NCBI GenBank assembly: GCA_051942245.1
Contig: JAVECL010000002.1
Span: 1 to 64,000 of the forward strand
Reading direction: 5' to 3'
DNA length: 64,000 nt
From: Trypethelium eluteriae
Lineage: Eukaryota
Shown here: piece by piece, positions 51,383 to 64,000 of the stretch
How the letters are laid out: each line of letters opens with the position of its first letter
How positions within the stretch are numbered: the stretch's first letter is position 1
Translations under genes and position numbers: made by a program
Notes under the pieces: generated by a model
The model's database searches: none
Seen by the model: only the letters and a program-made list of their open reading frames with translations
Told to the model about the DNA's origin: nothing

Positions 51383-53306
51383 TGGGAGGACTTAGAGTTG
51401 GAAAATGAGCCGTGGGGCTCTCGCGGTGGCTGTCTTACATGTTCGAGTGCTTGTTGCGAAATATACCCCTTGCTGCGATTTCGGTACATCAGGAACTCCC
51501 CGCATTGACGGTAATATCGGGAGATTGTGGATTAGGTATGATTAGCTAGAGCAAAGAAGATGGTGAACGACTACAACAGGGATGTACACGAGAAGATCCA
51601 CTACTCTAATAATACATTCCTACATTTGAGACACAACTGTGGTCTCGCAATGTAAGTATCGTACAAGTCTTCGACGTACATATTGATCAGTGGCAGTCCT
51701 TGCACTTCGAATGTGCCACCATGCGTTCTAGGAGCCGGTTTCCTGTAGTTTCACACCGAAGACGCTCCTGATCTGAGCCAGTTCAGAAGTTATTGCCAGC
51801 CTCTTGCATCAGATGATAAACCTTTGGCTCGTATGTGTCCCAGGCCACGCGGCTTCCTTGATAATGTGTGAATACACTTGCGTGACATAAGATGGTGAGT
51901 GATTTCTAGCTATTGTGTATGAAGGCTCTGCTGTCAAGCCGCGTTTCCAGTACGGATGTCTACCTCTCGGGAGAAAATCTGATGTCTCATGCAAGAGGGA
52001 GGTTTATATGTGTAATAGTCGAGATCAGGAGCCGCAAGGTTGCCAGAATCATTTGCAAAGGGAAAAGGCCCGTATATAGGCTTCTCCATGTCAGTAATCT
52101 CTAAATGGCTTCTATTGACAGCTTCGTTCCATTTGTTACTTCGTCAAAGCGTCTTAGAATAGGTGGATCGTACGAAAGCTGGAGGCGATGATAATGAAGC
52201 TCGCTTATGTTCTTGAGGGGTTAAATCCTCCTCCCTCGATAGCCTAAAACAATGCTTCCCGAGATACGGAGTATACATACATAATTTTCCTGCATCCGAT
52301 GCCTACGGCATCCTTCAATAGAGCCTTTAACATTCAACTACGAGACTTGTACAAAGACCCTAGGGAATCAAAATTGAGAAATCTGCTCCACAATCCTCCG
52401 ATTTTCCTCCTCAAATAGCGATTATCACGATTTTGTATGGGAGCACGTTGATGCAAGTCGGATAGGTAGACACCGGACGCAGGAAGATGCTATAGAACTC
52501 GATCACGCCCGTTTACTGCACTTTTCAACTTGCCACAGAGAATCCTTGATCCTGGGTCTCACGTTTATTCCGAATTTGAAGTTGTGGATGTCGTAAATTA
52601 AATGCAGTCAGCAGCCACAGTAGTTCTAAGCTCCATTTATCTCACTAAACAGAGGTGCCCGAGCTCGTCACATTAGCCTAATCAGGTCAACTATGATGTA
52701 GGCGAGCTGAATAAATCGAAATACGATGTGATCGGACCATCGAGTCTTACTTGGACCCGCGCGGGCAGTTCGGAGATCAGCAAATAATAGATCAGGATGG
52801 ATCAAGCTCCCTGGTCGTCGAGAAGGTGGTACGACGCCTCATGAAGCTGCGCGACGGGAAACTGTTTGAACTGGCATCTAAGAAAGTCTTTGGAGCATGT
52901 GTAGGTGCAATGACTGGCGTAGAGCAGTGGCAGGGCTCTTAGTTAACTGTTGAGCTCGTGCTCAGTGCGTGCAGCACCTTGGAAGTAGCGAGGAGCCACC
53001 GAGCGCTCATCGCAGCCCTCGGGAAGCTCAGAGCGTACCTAGGCACCTAGGGATCACAATCGTGCGATCATCCATGCTGCTCCTGCCTGATTCGGCAAGC
53101 TTATCATGACGCTTGGAGCCTGCCCTTCTTTGCGAAGATGTCCAGGATGCGACAATCGTCATATTCCCTGCGGGGTTCCAGGTTCCTAAGGCCTTCAGGG
53201 CAGGTAGAGGCTTCAGTAAGGAGGTATTTAAAGTGTGCGAGACAGCGGGTCAGAAGGGAAGTTTTTGCGAAATCTGCACGAATCTTCCGTTGTTATGGTT
53301 GCCATT

Positions 53307-55649
53307 ATGCGTGCTTCATCCATCCTGGTGGCGGTGGCCACACTTTTTTCTGCCGCGGCCGTTGCCGCTCCCAGCAACATCAAACACCTTCTCCATGAGA
53401 AACGCGACGGGAACCCTCATCATTGGGGCAAGCGGTCACGAGCACCTTCCACTGGCATCCTCCCTATCCGAATCGGTCTTCGTCAGAGGAATTTGGAGAA
53501 TGCTGAGGAGTACATTAAAGATGTATCGGACCCAAGCTCTGCCAATTTCGGTAAGTTCTAGAGGCACTTCTCGGGTTTGAATGATGATAAGAGGCCATCC
53601 CTTTTCTTCCAAGATCTCGACAGGGAGGGTTTTGCACAGCTGAAGTGGCCGCAAAGTTTTGGGGGAGACGGTGGTTCATAAGCAGGCCTCATAGCTCTGG
53701 ACATGTTGCTGCTTGTCGCCGGCTGTCTGCGTCATCGAACAGTGGCTCTTTTGCTTGTGGCCAAGCCTACTATGGAGCAGTCGTTCAAGAATGGCCTCAC
53801 GCTGCAATCAAATGCACCCAACGAATGACATTGTGGTACTCTCATGGTTTGCGTGGTCGTCCTCACTGCCATTGGTTCATCATCTCTGGCTCAGTTTTGC
53901 AACGCTACCTGGATTTGTGTTAATGACTTTTCCCAATAAAGCACTTGCTAACGCATCGATACGTTAGGCAAGCATTGGTCAGCCGAGAAGGTCGCAAACA
54001 CGTTTGCCCCTGCACGAGAAACGCGGGATGGTGTGACAGACTGGCTGATCTCATCTGGTATCAACCGCGACCGCATCACATATTCCACGGGGCAAAACTG
54101 GATTCACTTCGATGGCACTGTCGAAGAAGCGGAGCGTCTGTTGAACACCGAGTACTGGTACTATCAACACAAGCATAATGGGGGCTATCGCATTGCTTGC
54201 GATTCCTATAGCCTTCCGGAGCACGTCAAGGAGCATATTGATTTCGCCATGCCGACTATTCAATTAGATGGTCTCAAACCAATTGCCAACCTTGACCCAG
54301 CTCGGGTAGAGAGAATAACCTCTGGAGGCCTCACTGGTCTGTCGAACTGCTCTGGTTTGATTACCATTGAGTGCTTGCGAGCCCTCTACAAATTCCCGGC
54401 CGGGAACTCATCTAATCCAACTAATAAAATGGGAATTGGAGAGTGGGCAGACTACTTATATGAGCCAGATTTGCCGATCTTCTTCAACAACTATACTACG
54501 CCCAAGATTCCCAACAATACGGTTCCCGATTTTATCAGTATCGACGGGGGTCTCAGGGCCAACCTTACAACAGTTGCACAAGGTTCTGGAGTCGAGTCAG
54601 CGCTGGATTTCCAGGTTTCGTATTCCATTATCTGGCCGCAACAGTTACGTCTTTACCAAGTTGGAGACGGAATCAATGTGGATAGTGTAGGGACTTTTAA
54701 CATCTTCTTGGACGCCCTAGATGAGTCTTTTTGTACTTACGCTGGCGGTGACGCTCCCTACTTGGATCCGCAGTATCCGGACCCGAACGATAATGAAATG
54801 GGCTATCAGGGGCAGCTCCAGTGTGGCGGCAGTCCGACATCAAATGTGTTCTCATTTTCTTATGGCCAGATTGAAGGAGCGCTCCCACGCTTTTACCAAC
54901 AGCGACAGTGCCATGAATGGATGAAGCTTGGTCTCCAAGGTGTCAGCGTCTTATTTGCCAGTGGAGATTCTGGAGTGGCGAACCGGTACAACGCAGGATA
55001 TCCGAACTCTTGCCTTAACGACGAAAACTTGTATGTTGACAACAACGGGACAAGGTTTTCACCATCATTTCCGGTCAATTGTCCATACGTTACAGCAGTT
55101 GGTGCGACATTCCTCAAGAATAGTTCAATTGCAGGTGGAGAAGTGGCAGTGGCAGATCCGGACCCAAGCAACCAGTTTCTAGATTTTTACAGCGGCGGAG
55201 GCTTTTCGAACGTCTTTGAGTTACCATCCTATCAGGCTGATGCCGTGAACAATTATCTCAAGAACTACAATCCAGGCTACGGACCCAATGTTTATAACCA
55301 GAGCGGAAACGCCCGTGGGTTTCCTGATGTCGCTGCTATCGGCCTCAAGGTCGTCACAGTCTTCAATGGAAAGACACTCGCTGTTGGTGGAACATCGGCC
55401 AGTTGTCCCATCGTTGCTTCGATTGTTACGCTCCTCAATGAGCGGCGATTAGCAGCCGGAAAAGGCCCGATCGGATTCTTGAACCCAGTCTTCTATGCCC
55501 ATCCCGAAGCTTTTAACGATGTTACGGAAGGCTCTAATCCAGGGTGCTACACCAACGGCTTTCAGGCAGCACCAGGCTGGGATCCAGTGACTGGGTTGGG
55601 ATCACCAAACTTTGAGAAGCTGCTAGATATTTTCTTGAGTTTGCCATAA
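53307..55649 (+). CDS. Secreted sedolisin (S53) tripeptidyl-peptidase-like protease
   Basis: Signal peptide; prodomain DVSDPSSANFG|KHWS (intron 53551..53967); catalytic ESALD, SGDSG and GGTSASCP; Ca-site DVTEGSN...GWDPVTGLG. Confidence 0.93.
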
Positions 55650-57522
55650 AAAACAGGACATCTACGTTGGCGAATGCTAGATGATCTTTGGTTGTTTATA
55701 GCCCTCTCGACAGATCAAATGCATTGATCTAAAATGATAACCCGCTAGACGAAGATCTTGCAGGCCCAGATAAGCGTTTTTTTTGCTACCATGTCCACCG
55801 AATCATCGAAGATTCCCCAAGATCAGAACCTAGATTCTCAGGTACTTATGTCTTAGAGGTATGTCGAGCGGCTTACATAAGTACCTACCTATATAGATCT
55901 GTCCACCAACCACTGGCTGTACTGTAGTGGAGGCCACCGCCACAACCCCTACGACTCTTCCACTGACTTGGGTTTATTTTTCGCGCCATAGCCAATCTAC
56001 TGTTTCACTGCCATTGGTATAATAGGTACACCATATTAATTTATAAAATAGTTCGCCGCCAGCCGAATTTTCAGCAGCCCGAGTTCCCGTATTTGCTCCC
56101 GATTCAGGGTAAAAACCCATTAAAATACCTACCTTAGTATATGGAGGATCTTGAGGTACACGAATTGCAGAAAAGTAGTGGACACTCTCGAAACCCCTCG
56201 ATGTCTGGGCCTTACATGACATTCAACTGCTAAATTGTTGAGCTGACAAGGTGCACTACTCCGTGGTCTCTGCCGAACCTCGGTGAGTTTGAGATGTGCA
56301 GAGATTTTACAATTGAGCTCTTTTCCAGTAAGGCAAGGGGGAATTGGCAAAATATATACGAGTTGTGATTCTGCTGAGGACCATGCATTTCTATCCTATT
56401 CCTACCTACTCGAGCTCGGTTGCGAGAAGGCTTGGGCGAAGATTTGGATATAGGAGTGATCAAACAGATCAAACTGTGCTCCCGAACATCCCTTGCGTCA
56501 CTTTGGAAGGCTAAGGTAAGTATTAGCAAAATGCTGGAATTCTGTGAGATAGCCATCAGCTGCACTGCCCTATGGAAAGCCTGTACTCTCCATAAGAATC
56601 GTAGTCATGTAGGTAGTTGACTAAATTCCTTTTCTTGCTAGGCAGTTTGGAAGTGACGGCGGTGGCTAGTAGCAAAAGCTTGGGTGGTTCCGCCTCGGCA
56701 GCATGATGACGCTATTTGTCGGAAGGTAAACCGCTTGGATTGGATCGGTAAAGGACATGCCTACCCAATATGCGAATGCAAGCCACAACGGGTGCGCCGA
56801 TCGATTAGTGTCACTACGGAGTATCCGTTAGCCTGATAGGCTCACTTCATCTGGGGGAAATTGTAGAGGAAATGATGGATGAACGTCGAAGTTACTCTAG
56901 CGTAAACTTCAGGGACACCCGCCCAGTCATTCCTTTGACAAGCGTACCAAACAACTACCTACATGGTCAAGCAGAGCGCAGCACTGCGCATGCGCATCAG
57001 GATCTGGCATAAAGAAAACACGCAAGCAATACCAAACAAGCTGCGGAGGTGAAGCGTGGTTTGTAACTCGATCGTGCTAGCGCGTCAGGTGCTGGACGCA
57101 CCGTTTGAGGTTAACTGGTTCCCGTAGAGCCGGCGTGACGCTCTTCCTTGCCTTGGCAGTGCCATGGATCGAGACTGCCCAACCATATCATGCGCCCTTG
57201 CCCTACGTTTTTTGTCCCTGCCAAAGACTCCGGCGCGATAATAAGCCAAGACCTCCTCCTTAAGGGCAAACTACCTGGACATCTCTTTCCGAGTGAAGAA
57301 ACCTGCTTATCCCTCCACCCTTCTCGTCATCATCTGCTCCTTCCATACGCACAACTTCTCAGTCCTCATTGCTTCAAACGAAACTACTGCTGATTTAGGG
57401 CTATCCAACGAATTTTGCGCACAGCGACTGCCGCGTCGCATCGCATCCCACAGGGGTTGCATCACTGCAAAAGGCTCTCTACAAGTATCAATCGAGCAGG
57501 AATCACGAATCCCGCACTCGCT

Positions 57523-58168
57523 ATGGCGTTCAACTTTACCCTTCCGCTGCGCGTGGTGCAAGCGGTCTTTGCCATTATTGTCCTTGGCTTGACTGCCTAT
57601 GGTAAAGCATCTTTGTACTGCCTTTGCATGTTCTCGTACTAACACTCCATCATAGTCGCCAACTGGTGGGGCGGTTTTTGGCATGCCATGTCCCCTTCGG
57701 AAGTCAACTTCCTAATCTTTTCCTCCGTCTGGTCCCTTCTCGCCCTCGTCTATCTCGTTCTCGCGCCATGGAGGTTCCCGGATGCCGCTCACAAATTTGG
57801 CATCCTCGCTGCTGAGGCTGTCACTATGATCTTCTGGTTTGCAGGCTTTATTGCGCTGGCCGTGTTTCTGAGCAATAGGGAGTGCTGGGGTCATGTCTGC
57901 AGCGCTGCTAAGGCCGCTGCTGCCTTTTCCGCTTTTGAGTGGTGAGTTCAAAGCTTTTTCTTGGCTATTAATGCAAACAACCACCAAGACCATGTGCTTG
58001 ACATATGGCTTCAAGTCTGTTCGGTAGATTGGCGTCTAATGATTCTTTTCGGGCTCTAGGGCTGTCTTCGTTGCAACGACTACCTTTGCTGTCATTCACG
58101 TCATCAGAACCCGCAACACATCGAGAACGGACCCACCCCCGCAAATGGAGGTCCATCAGGGAGTTTGA
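57523..58168 (+). CDS. MARVEL-domain four-TM membrane protein, 3 exons
   Basis: LRVVQAVFAIIVLGLTAY|...SPSEVNFLIFSSVWS...EAVTMIFWFAGFIALA...CSAAKAAAAFSAFEW|AVFVAT; introns 57602..57655 and 57942..58059. Confidence 0.85.
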
Positions 58169-58609
58169 GCTTGGTACAGAAGCTCAGGATCTTGAATAAA
58201 TCATGGGCTACGGAAATGATACGTGATCTGAAGCGATGCTGGAGTTTGGTGATGGAGAGGTGTCGTAATTTTCCTGGAGCTCCAGCTAGACTGGGTTGGG
58301 GCACTCCGAATTGAGTTTTGAGATATCCATAATGACGTTCTGCCGTCCTCTGGTTTGTGCTTGTAGTGAGCTTCTGAAAAGGATGTCCAACACCACGAGA
58401 CTTTGACTTGGTTTGATCCATCTCGACTTGTGTCGACTCGTCCGTAAGATTCGTATATTTGCAGAGACGTAGAGTCCAAGAAATGCGACGCCAAGCGAAG
58501 GAATGCGGGATTGCTCAAGACCATGCGGGTCTAGAGTATTATGAAAGCGTACAAAGCCTCGTTAATTACCTTAAAAATTTTCTTTCATCTCGATTCAAGA
58601 CAACGCCAA

Positions 58610-58626
58610 ATCACGTGACAGCGCGT
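58610..58626. promoter_or_regulatory. Perfect Cbf1-type site (ATCACGTGAC) with an adjacent GCGCGT, upstream of the WLM protease gene
   Basis: atcacgtgac at 58610-58619 matches RTCACGTG on both strands, about 200 bp before ATG 58812. Confidence 0.45.
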
Positions 58627-58811
58627 AGGATCTCACCCTGGATTACAAATGTCATCATCGAGCGGCGAATTACCAAGAACTTCACAGAAGCGCGCGAGGC
58701 GGTAGCTCCTTCCTTTAGTAAGGCTCCTGCCATATCTTTTATTTAGGAAGACATGCCGAGATATCGTGACATCAGGTCTACAGTCGAATCCAATTCGTGG
58801 ACACCATAGAA

Positions 58812-59864
58812 ATGGATACTTTCCAAAACAACTTTGACGGGGAAGTTGAAGAGACAGAGTCTAACACCACTAGCCTTATAGTCACACACCATGGCAAGCA
58901 GCATACTTTTTCTCTTTTTTCCCAGTCTACAATTGCGGATCTCTCCAGTGTCATTCAAGAGAGTCTGTCCGTCCCGAGCTCCAACCAAAAATTCATGATC
59001 CCGAAACTTGGTCTCCTCCGGCCCCCCTTCTCCAATCCTCTCCCCATCTCTTCTCTGGCCGGCAAAAGAATCACCCTGATGGGTGCCACAGCTGCCGAAG
59101 CCAACGCCGTTTCGACTGCAGGCCGCGAGGTTGATGCTGCCGCTGCCAAGCGCCGCGAAGCCCATGCTAAATACGCCGCCAACCCCTCCCACCACGTTGA
59201 TAGCAAAAAGCTGCAGGAGGAGGCCACCTACACCTTCCATACCTTGCGACCCTTGGCCTACCTGCCCAACCCAGAGCGCAGCCTCCGCTTTCTCGAGCGG
59301 TTGCGCGATGACGCAGGCATCAAGGCGACAATGCGGAAGCACAAGTTCAGCGTCGGGTTGCTCACGGAGATGGACCCGGCGGTGCACACAACGCATGAGT
59401 CACGAACGCTAGGGCTGAATCGAAATCGGGGGGAGGTGATCGAGCTGCGCTTGCGGACGGACGCGTATGATGGGTACAGAGACTACGCCACAATTCGACG
59501 GACGCTATGCCACGAGCTGACGCACAATGTATGGGGAAAGCACGATCGAAACTTCTGGGACTTGTGCAAGGTGATTGAAAAGGAGGTTGGAGTGGGAGAT
59601 TGGAGAAGAGGGGGGCAGACTCTTGGAAGGGAGCAGTACGCGGAGGGAGAAGACGTTGCGGATCATGGAGCTTGGGAGGGCGGGGAGTATGTGCTTGGGA
59701 GGGATGAAAGAGGCGGACGTCAAGATACTGCGGTCGTGTCGAGTGTGAGTGAAGGCGATGTGAGTGCGGTCGAGCTCAGCAGAAGAGAGATAATGGCAAG
59801 AGCAGCCGAGGAAAGAATGAGAAGGCAGAAAGATGCGGAACGGACTGCTGAGGATAGTTCGTGA
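58812..59864 (+). CDS. WLM (Wss1-like) zinc metalloprotease with an N-terminal ubiquitin-like domain
   Basis: UBL-like N-terminus (VTHHGKQHTF...VPSSNQKFM...KRITLMG); FSVGLLTEM, LGLNRNRGEVIELRLRTD, HELTHN (HExxH), HDRNF. Confidence 0.9.
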   Translation: MDTFQNNFDGEVEETESNTTSLIVTHHGKQHTFSLFSQSTIADLSSVIQESLSVPSSNQKFMIPKLGLLRPPFSNPLPISSLAGKRITLMGATAAEANAVSTAGREVDAAAAKRREAHAKYAANPSHHVDSKKLQEEATYTFHTLRPLAYLPNPERSLRFLERLRDDAGIKATMRKHKFSVGLLTEMDPAVHTTHESRTLGLNRNRGEVIELRLRTDAYDGYRDYATIRRTLCHELTHNVWGKHDRNFWDLCKVIEKEVGVGDWRRGGQTLGREQYAEGEDVADHGAWEGGEYVLGRDERGGRQDTAVVSSVSEGDVSAVELSRREIMARAAEERMRRQKDAERTAEDSS

Positions 59865-61258
59865 GGGTCTGACGGAGAATCGTTGCAAGATCCGGGCATA
59901 GCGTAGCACTGGCGTCACTTGGGATGGAGTCATCATGAACCCAATGGCTATTGGATGTTAGACTACATGAGGAATGGGAGTTCTTTCCCCGCATGAAGAT
60001 CATTTGGGCCATCTTTAGCCCGAAGGACTATTATGTATGTATAATATACTGTATCTCACCATAATCAACGCCGCCTAGAATCCACCTTAGCTGCAGTTTA
60101 CTGGCACAGTATCGAACTTAGAATATTCTAATCCAGTAGATAGGACAATCGAAAAAATTTGCCTAAGAATGAGGAACAAACAACTGGATGACCGCAAGTA
60201 TGCAGTAAATTCTGTGTAAATGCTGTATGTCACCCACCCTCGATGCGACATAGCACTTGACGAGTAAAGTACCACTTGTATCATTAGGTTTTTGCTATGA
60301 TATAGCAAATAGCACCAAACTGTCTTCAGTCTACCGAATTAAACAACTCTGAAGCGATAGCATTGAGTAGAGTAATGCATTTTCCTCCAAATCGGTAAGC
60401 AACAACGGGGAAGGCCGCTATCCGCACCTGATAAAGTAGACAAGACACTACTAAGTCACCACGAAGAACAGGCGAACCTTTACGGCAACTTTGGATGGGG
60501 GGTCTGAAATTTCCATTAGCTTCCGTACCTACATGACTTCTTCTGCGTCGACTGATGCGTTGTACTGGCCTATATACTCCAATTCCGGATCTGTAACGTT
60601 CAACTCGTCCTTGTCTTCCTGCATGCTTGATCTTCTCGAGGCACCATGTACATCTGGTACTGCGCCACTTGGGAAATTTTACGTAAGTCGTTGAATTACA
60701 ATTATCTAATACTGCATGTTTCTGTCTTCTCGTTGCACAAGCCTAGTGATGTGAGACGTGCCTTTGGTATTCCGTCCAACGCTTTGGCGAGATGCATCCA
60801 TCTTCGATTCTGTGATTCTCCCCTCGTACTCCTACTCCTGTATTGCAGTTTCAAGTATAGACTAGACGCAGCATAAAGTGTACTGCAACCGATAGGTTGC
60901 CTAATCTAGGCCACTGTGTATTGTAGAACGTTGCCTTTCCGGCATCTGTGGATCTCAGCAATTTCATGTGTCCTCTTAGGCCGAGTCAATTGTGACATAT
61001 CTACCTTTTTGGAACACTCTGCTGGCTGAAAAGCACTTTGACTCTGTTCCTGCCGATGGATCCGTAAAAGACTAGATCCTCGCAGAACATACCCTGGAGT
61101 AACCGTAACGAAAACACACAAGAAGAGTGACAGAAGGTTGCTGATCTATATAGCTACCAGCGTAAGCAGCTTCCTCCTTCTCCATGAAGTCAGGAGTCTA
61201 ACAATTTCCCTGGTCCATCCAGCCTAACTTGAAGAGACCGCACGACTTACTCTTCGCA

Positions 61259-61998
61259 ATGCATCTCTCCAAATTCCTCGCAGTCAGCGCATTCGTTGGG
61301 GCTCCTATTCACGCTGCCCTCACCGCAAGTGATGTTGTCCAAGACATCCAGGACGTTGCAGACACCTCAGCAAGCCTAACACAGACAGTCAGTCAACTTA
61401 GCAGCCTCGACTACTCATTTCTTGTGCCTGTAAGCAATGGCCTTTATCCCTTTAGCTCGACGCCCCGCTTATCAGTGCTCCAGGAGATCATATCAACCCT
61501 TGAAAATATCATCACGACACTTGGGTCTGCCCTTACCGACCTTGGCGTCTCTGACCTAGGAGGGGTTGGCAGTAGTGCCACCAACTCAAGCGCAGTATCA
61601 AAACGCTCGAGAGTGCATGTGCACCGTCGTCAGATACCTAGTTTCCCTGCCTCTCAGCCCATCTTCACTAACGACGCCGACGCATTCTATGTTTGCCAAA
61701 CATTCCGCCAATTCGTGCTTATTCACCAGCAGCTGCTCAGCACCATCATTGGACAGCATGGACTGTTGGCAACTTCGGGCTTCGGAGCGCCAGTAGCGGC
61801 TGTCTTGAGGGCACTGGAAGGAGCGGTTGATGTAAGTTCTTCAAATTCCCATAGACCTCAATCGAGCTAACCCCTCACTCCAAGTCTTTTGCATTTGCGG
61901 TCATTGGACTGGTACCTCCATGCGCAGCCACAGCTGGGACGGACAAGAGAAATCTCGATCAGACGCTGCAAGAGGCTGTGGGTACCTACTCCTCGTAA
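61259..61998 (+). CDS. Small secreted helical protein, UVI-1-like, 3 exons
   Basis: Signal peptide; VCQTFRQFVLIHQQLLSTIIGQHGLL...APVAAVLRALEGAVD|SFAFAVIGLVPPC; introns 61430..61483 and 61832..61884. Confidence 0.75.
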
Positions 61999-63382
61999 GA
62001 GCTGTTGTGGACGGAGATGGGCTTTGGCCAAAAAGAAACGATGTTATCGAGGGTATGAGATGAGTGAAAACTGACCGATCAGCTTAGCATGAAGTTATAA
62101 TTGCCCATTGCTAGGAATGACTTGGACGATGAATTGACCAGCCATAGCTAGTGCATCACATATATGTTTTGCAGACTCTAGCGTGATAGTCTATCACAAA
62201 ATGCACTCTTTGTACTACCGTGAAAATTGGAAGGGCTCTTAAAAGATTCAGTAGTGAATGCCAGCGGTGGATATTAATATATCAGGCGATCGTTGAAATA
62301 GAGAGGACGTGATTCCCCTAGAGATTTAGTATCGATAACGATGTTTACCTTGGAATCAACATCAGTAATCCAGATCAAAGCTAGCACAGATGCGGGATCT
62401 ATCGCATCTTGAGTAGGTCGGACAACTTTCTAGCTTGGACCTAACTTGGAAAGTCGTTAATAGCTTGGTACTGGAACAAGGAGTCGCTTGAGTCGTTAAG
62501 CGCAAGGTGCTGTAAAATTTCTGCCATCTTTCCGTTACATGGTGCACTGGTTAGGACTGCCCTTATCTTCCAGAGGGAGCGGCCACATTGATTATTCTCC
62601 AGACTTTTCTCCAGACTTTAAAATGCGCTTGAGCCCTCTCGCTCTGCTGTTGTGTCTTGTTTCTGATTTCCTCAATAAGCCCAGAATCTGGGACACATTC
62701 TTCTAAGGTGACCGATTTATTCCATCATCTTCCTTTGAGCCCTGTACCTAAGACTTCTGGATCTCACAACTGCTAGTTCATTGTTCAAGTTATGTCCTTC
62801 ATTTAATCTGCAACCACTTTGAAGGCTTCCTTCAGATGATTGATCGTGACGAGAGCTTGATGTTTCGTAAATTTAAAGGACGGTAGATATGAGTCTCATG
62901 ACAGTAAGAGCCGGGTATGACGTGCGAGCAGGCGCGAAAATAAATTAGGCGCTTCCCCGTATGTAATGCTTGGAACATTTGAAAGTGGAGATAGCTATTC
63001 CATCGCTCAGGTAAGAGTGTCTGAAAAATTGAGAGACGAGGGAACTCACTTTCTGTCCTTGTCTTATGCTACTGAAATCCCAGCCCGCTCACTGCTTCCC
63101 AACAGACTATATGGAGCTATATCGACAAAATGATAATAGAGGGCCTCGCTTTATTAGTCATTGTACAATTGCAAACCGAATGACTAACACATAGGTCTAT
63201 ACGATCCCTCCACCGACAGAAATTTTCTACACAAAATCTAGGCCGAGGGATCGTACCACACAGATAATTAGACTCCATGATGACAGGTAGATATGGAGCC
63301 GACACCCGAGCCATGGCTTTGTTGTCTTTGCTTTTGATTTAAGAGATTCCCATCATACCCCAGGCGACCAGGTTCATGCACC

Positions 63383-64000
<618 letters not shown>

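Noticed and set aside
55970..56150. AT-rich patch resembling a transposon end
   Set aside because: No partner terminal repeat or target-site duplication was found.
58743..59396. 217-aa antisense ORF (and similar shadow ORFs elsewhere)
   Set aside because: Antisense shadows of GC-rich real genes.

Overview
Intron-containing genomic DNA from a filamentous ascomycete (Pezizomycotina; short GT-AG introns with CTRAC branch sites). About 21 protein-coding genes can be supported: FAR11/STRIP (truncated at the left edge), a secreted GH43, a Cbf1-type bHLH, ORC5, a Na+/K+-type P-type ATPase, a divergent lamB/lamA-like pair (PxpA family plus a biotin-dependent urea-carboxylase-like enzyme), ARMC8/Vid28-like, Pho80/PREG cyclin, an F-box protein, a conserved hypothetical protein, an orphan integrase-H2C2 zinc-finger protein, ERD2, GH85 ENGase, RVB2, a long coiled-coil protein, an S53 sedolisin, a MARVEL protein, a UBL-WLM protease, a UVI-1-like secreted protein and ADK1 (truncated at the right edge). 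Three unexplained signals stand out. (1) A ~2.3 kb ORF-poor, strongly base-paired region (about 39.2-41.55 kb) carries a telomere-template-like AACCCTAA directly after a hairpin and inside a long-range helix, making it a candidate telomerase RNA. (2) The long CBF1 intron encodes, in frame, a second bHLH basic region. (3) The lamA/lamB module suggests biotin-dependent lactam hydrolysis. All calls were made by eye; no searches or folding programs were run.
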